Shown piece by piece: positions 61,691 to 64,000 of a stretch of 64,000 bases of DNA. The stretch comes from Phoronis australis (lineage: Eukaryota > Animalia > Phoronida). The notes under the pieces were generated by a model that made no database searches, was not told where the DNA came from, and saw only the letters and a program-made list of their open reading frames with translations. Location: positions 227,628 to 291,627 of the forward strand of contig NMRA01000195.1 in the NCBI GenBank assembly GCA_002633005.1, read 5' to 3'. A program made the translations under genes and the position numbers. The stretch's first letter is position 1; each line of letters opens with the position of its first letter.

Positions 61691-63669
61691 TCACATCTTG
61701 CTAAGGATCCAGTCTTTATAATTTTCCACTTTTGTATAAAATCCATATTTGCCAGGCTGGGCACAGCCCTCACCCCAGCTGACTAGCCCGAGCAAATGCC
61801 ACCTGAACTCAGTGTCGTCATCATCCAAAGGCTCATCCTCGTCATAGTCTAACGGATCCAGTGTCGACCTTTCTAGTCGCATAATGAATGGGCCACCACT
61901 GTCTCCCCTACAAGCGTCGCCAACAACTTCACGTTTGTAGCCAGCGCAGAACATGTTGTCCGTGACACTAGCGGCCCGAGTGGCCGAGTTACGGCATGTG
62001 ATCCTGTCCACCAGCGGCAGGCGGACTTCATTCAAATATCGAGGAATCTGGCCTCTTTCTGCCAGTCTGCCCCATCCAGTCACCGTACCGACCTGGTTGC
62101 CTTCCTCGCGCAACAGTGCATTAATGATATGCCCTGTATGATTCCAACAGATTGGCCTGATATAGTCCGTGAACTCCACCCGAGTTCGCAGCTTAATAAG
62201 GGCTATGTCGTTGTCGTATGTATCTGATTCAGAATTGAATCCCTCATGCACACGATAGAGAGACATGCGATAAGTTCGTTCTTGTGGTTCTCTTGTGGTG
62301 CGGTCGTATTTTCCTAGTTTCAGTTCGAGGTTCTCTGAATTGAGAGGATAGCGATACTCGGCATTGAAGTCGTGAAAACAGTGGGCCGCAGTCAATACCC
62401 AGTTCTCGTTAAGTAGAACTCCACCGCAGAAGCTGTGCGCATTTCTCTCGTACAGCATTACCATCCAGGGCGCAGAACCGACAGCGGCATCTTGTCCTCC
62501 AACTATGTGGCCTTGTCTAAGTGAAGGTTCGTTTATGACTGGTTGACCGCATACTGCAAACATCAAAGTAGAACAGACACTTATTTTGACACCCTTACTT
62601 GTTACTCCAGGCATTGATAAAATCATATTTTCCGTTACTATAACTACAGGCACGTCGTGCGTAATAATAATAATTACTTTATTTCGGTACCCAAGAGTTG
62701 AAGACACAAAACAGCCGTCTTGTATGCCGTCCAACTCCGTGACCCCATACTCACTGCGTTTAACTCCGTAACTGAAGATTTAGTAATCCTCTGTCCGTTG
62801 ACCAAAAGCTCTGCAGAGTCGGATTTTAAAACTTACTGATCAAACTTTCAAGTACTGGAACCAGAGAACGAATACTGCACTCCGAGCTGATCGTATCTAG
62901 CATCTGATAAGCAAGCGAGCTACATGTAGTTGTTTCCCCAGCCTCTTCAACTGAAATTAAGCCTCTGCTCTGTTTCTTACTTGAAAACTGAGGGGTGGTG
63001 AGTCATGTACGTAGTGAGTTGAACACCGATACCCCAAATATCCCTGGTGCGGGTCTTCCGCTTTGCAAACTAGCATCAATGGTGCATTCGAGGGATTATC
63101 GTTATTGGTGTGCGGGACCGGAGAGCTTGCGACGTCGCGGCAGTGACTCATTGACGGCCACTCGTGAGATGCCGATTGTGGCTAAGTAACTTGCCAAGCC
63201 ACGTTTTTTAAAACCTTGCTAGCATAGGTTTACGTAACTTTTGAATAAAAGTCCAGACCTTGTGTGAAACTGATGCGTGCGGCTTGCTAATTGTTTAGGC
63301 CTAAAAGTTGAGGGAGCAGGAATTAAAGTGAGCGCAGAACCAACTAGGCTACTGTACGTTCTTGGCCTACATTTACAAGTTAGATGCACTTACTTTCTTG
63401 AGCTGTGGAGTACACTTGTATCCAGGCACTCGCATTCACGGAACATTCGCTGTTACGCAGCTCACAAGTGTACTTCCCGTGGTCTCCCGTCGCTGCCTGA
63501 CGTATAAGAAGATATCCGTTGACCAGCTTTTGCAGACGGACATTGTCGTAAACTACAGGCACACCGTCCTTATACCAGTGGGTGGTGGTGTGCTGGACAC
63601 TGGGTAAACACGGTAACATCTTCAGGGAGCCCAGGGGCACAGTTGCATTCTGTGGTCTTTCGGAGAAGT
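61691..63669 (-). CDS. Ig-like domain + trypsin-family (S1A) thrombin-like serine protease; 5' end uncertain
   Basis: Phase-1 exons 63669-63394 (I-set Ig: FSERPQNATVPLG..LPC..WYKDG..LLIR..DHGKYTC) and 62553-61691 (CGQP..GH-IVGG..FCGG..LTAAHC..DNDIALIKL..RPIC..GWG..DNMFCAGY..GDACRGDSGGP..GLVSWGEGC..GKYGFYT). Catalytic triad intact; Asp189 present. Confidence 0.92.
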
Positions 63670-64000
63670 CTAAAAAGCGACCGGTACGGTCAAGAAACAC
63701 ATGTGCAGCATTTTTTCAACACAAGAAGGCGGAACATTAATAACATGAGGTCGACGGTTCGTCATAACGAGGTTATCGAAGAATAGTGTGGTTATGAGAA
63801 CTTGTAGATTATTTCCGATAACACACGACTGTCAAACACACAGTTTGCTACCCCCCCCCCCTTCCCGNTCCCGACCAACCAAGCAAGGTTTACGGCATAG
63901 GCTTACACAAAGAAACGTAATACCCGCTAGTGATAAGCATAAGAAAAGCAAGCCCAACGCTCTCTAGATCGTAACCTTCATCGGCCACCTACTGTATGGC

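Noticed and set aside
62554-62734. N-terminal extension of the 347-aa protease ORF
   Set aside because: Intronic read-through upstream of the TTTGCAG acceptor at 62554.
62981-63061. Possible exon between the Ig and protease exons
   Set aside because: Its GTAAGA donor would be phase 0 while the protease exon needs phase 1; no domain similarity.

Overview
Intron-rich animal (invertebrate bilaterian-looking) genomic DNA from a gapped draft assembly; most short ORFs in the track are spurious, so genes were rebuilt by hand from GT-AG boundaries and exon phases. Four protein-coding genes: (1) 5' part of a TTC39A/B-like gene (minus, runs off the window start); (2) a complete 18-exon CCDC178 orthologue (minus, ~935 aa); (3) a complete 11-exon ASXL/Asx gene (plus, ~1147 aa; HARE-HTH, DEUBAD, C-terminal PHD) starting only 311 bp from the CCDC178 ATG, with exons 4-7 present twice across an N-gap (probably two haplotypes); (4) the 3' part of an Ig-domain + thrombin-like serine protease (minus). 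Introns and intergenic DNA hold non-autonomous DNA transposons (Harbinger-type TAA/TTA TSD, hAT-like with 5- and 6-bp TSDs, long-TIR elements), Penelope GIY-YIG remnants with decayed hammerhead motifs, and minisatellites, several of them at splice donors. No prokaryotic features, CRISPR, rRNA or tRNA were seen. Best leads: the CCDC178-ASXL head-to-head pair (same arrangement as human CCDC178-ASXL3), an unusual thrombin-like protease (His at the activation site, acidic loop insert, intronless AGY-type domain), a MITE inside a splice donor that rebuilds it, minisatellites copying splice donors, and a triplicated ASXL helix motif. I found no evidence of an entirely new multi-gene system.
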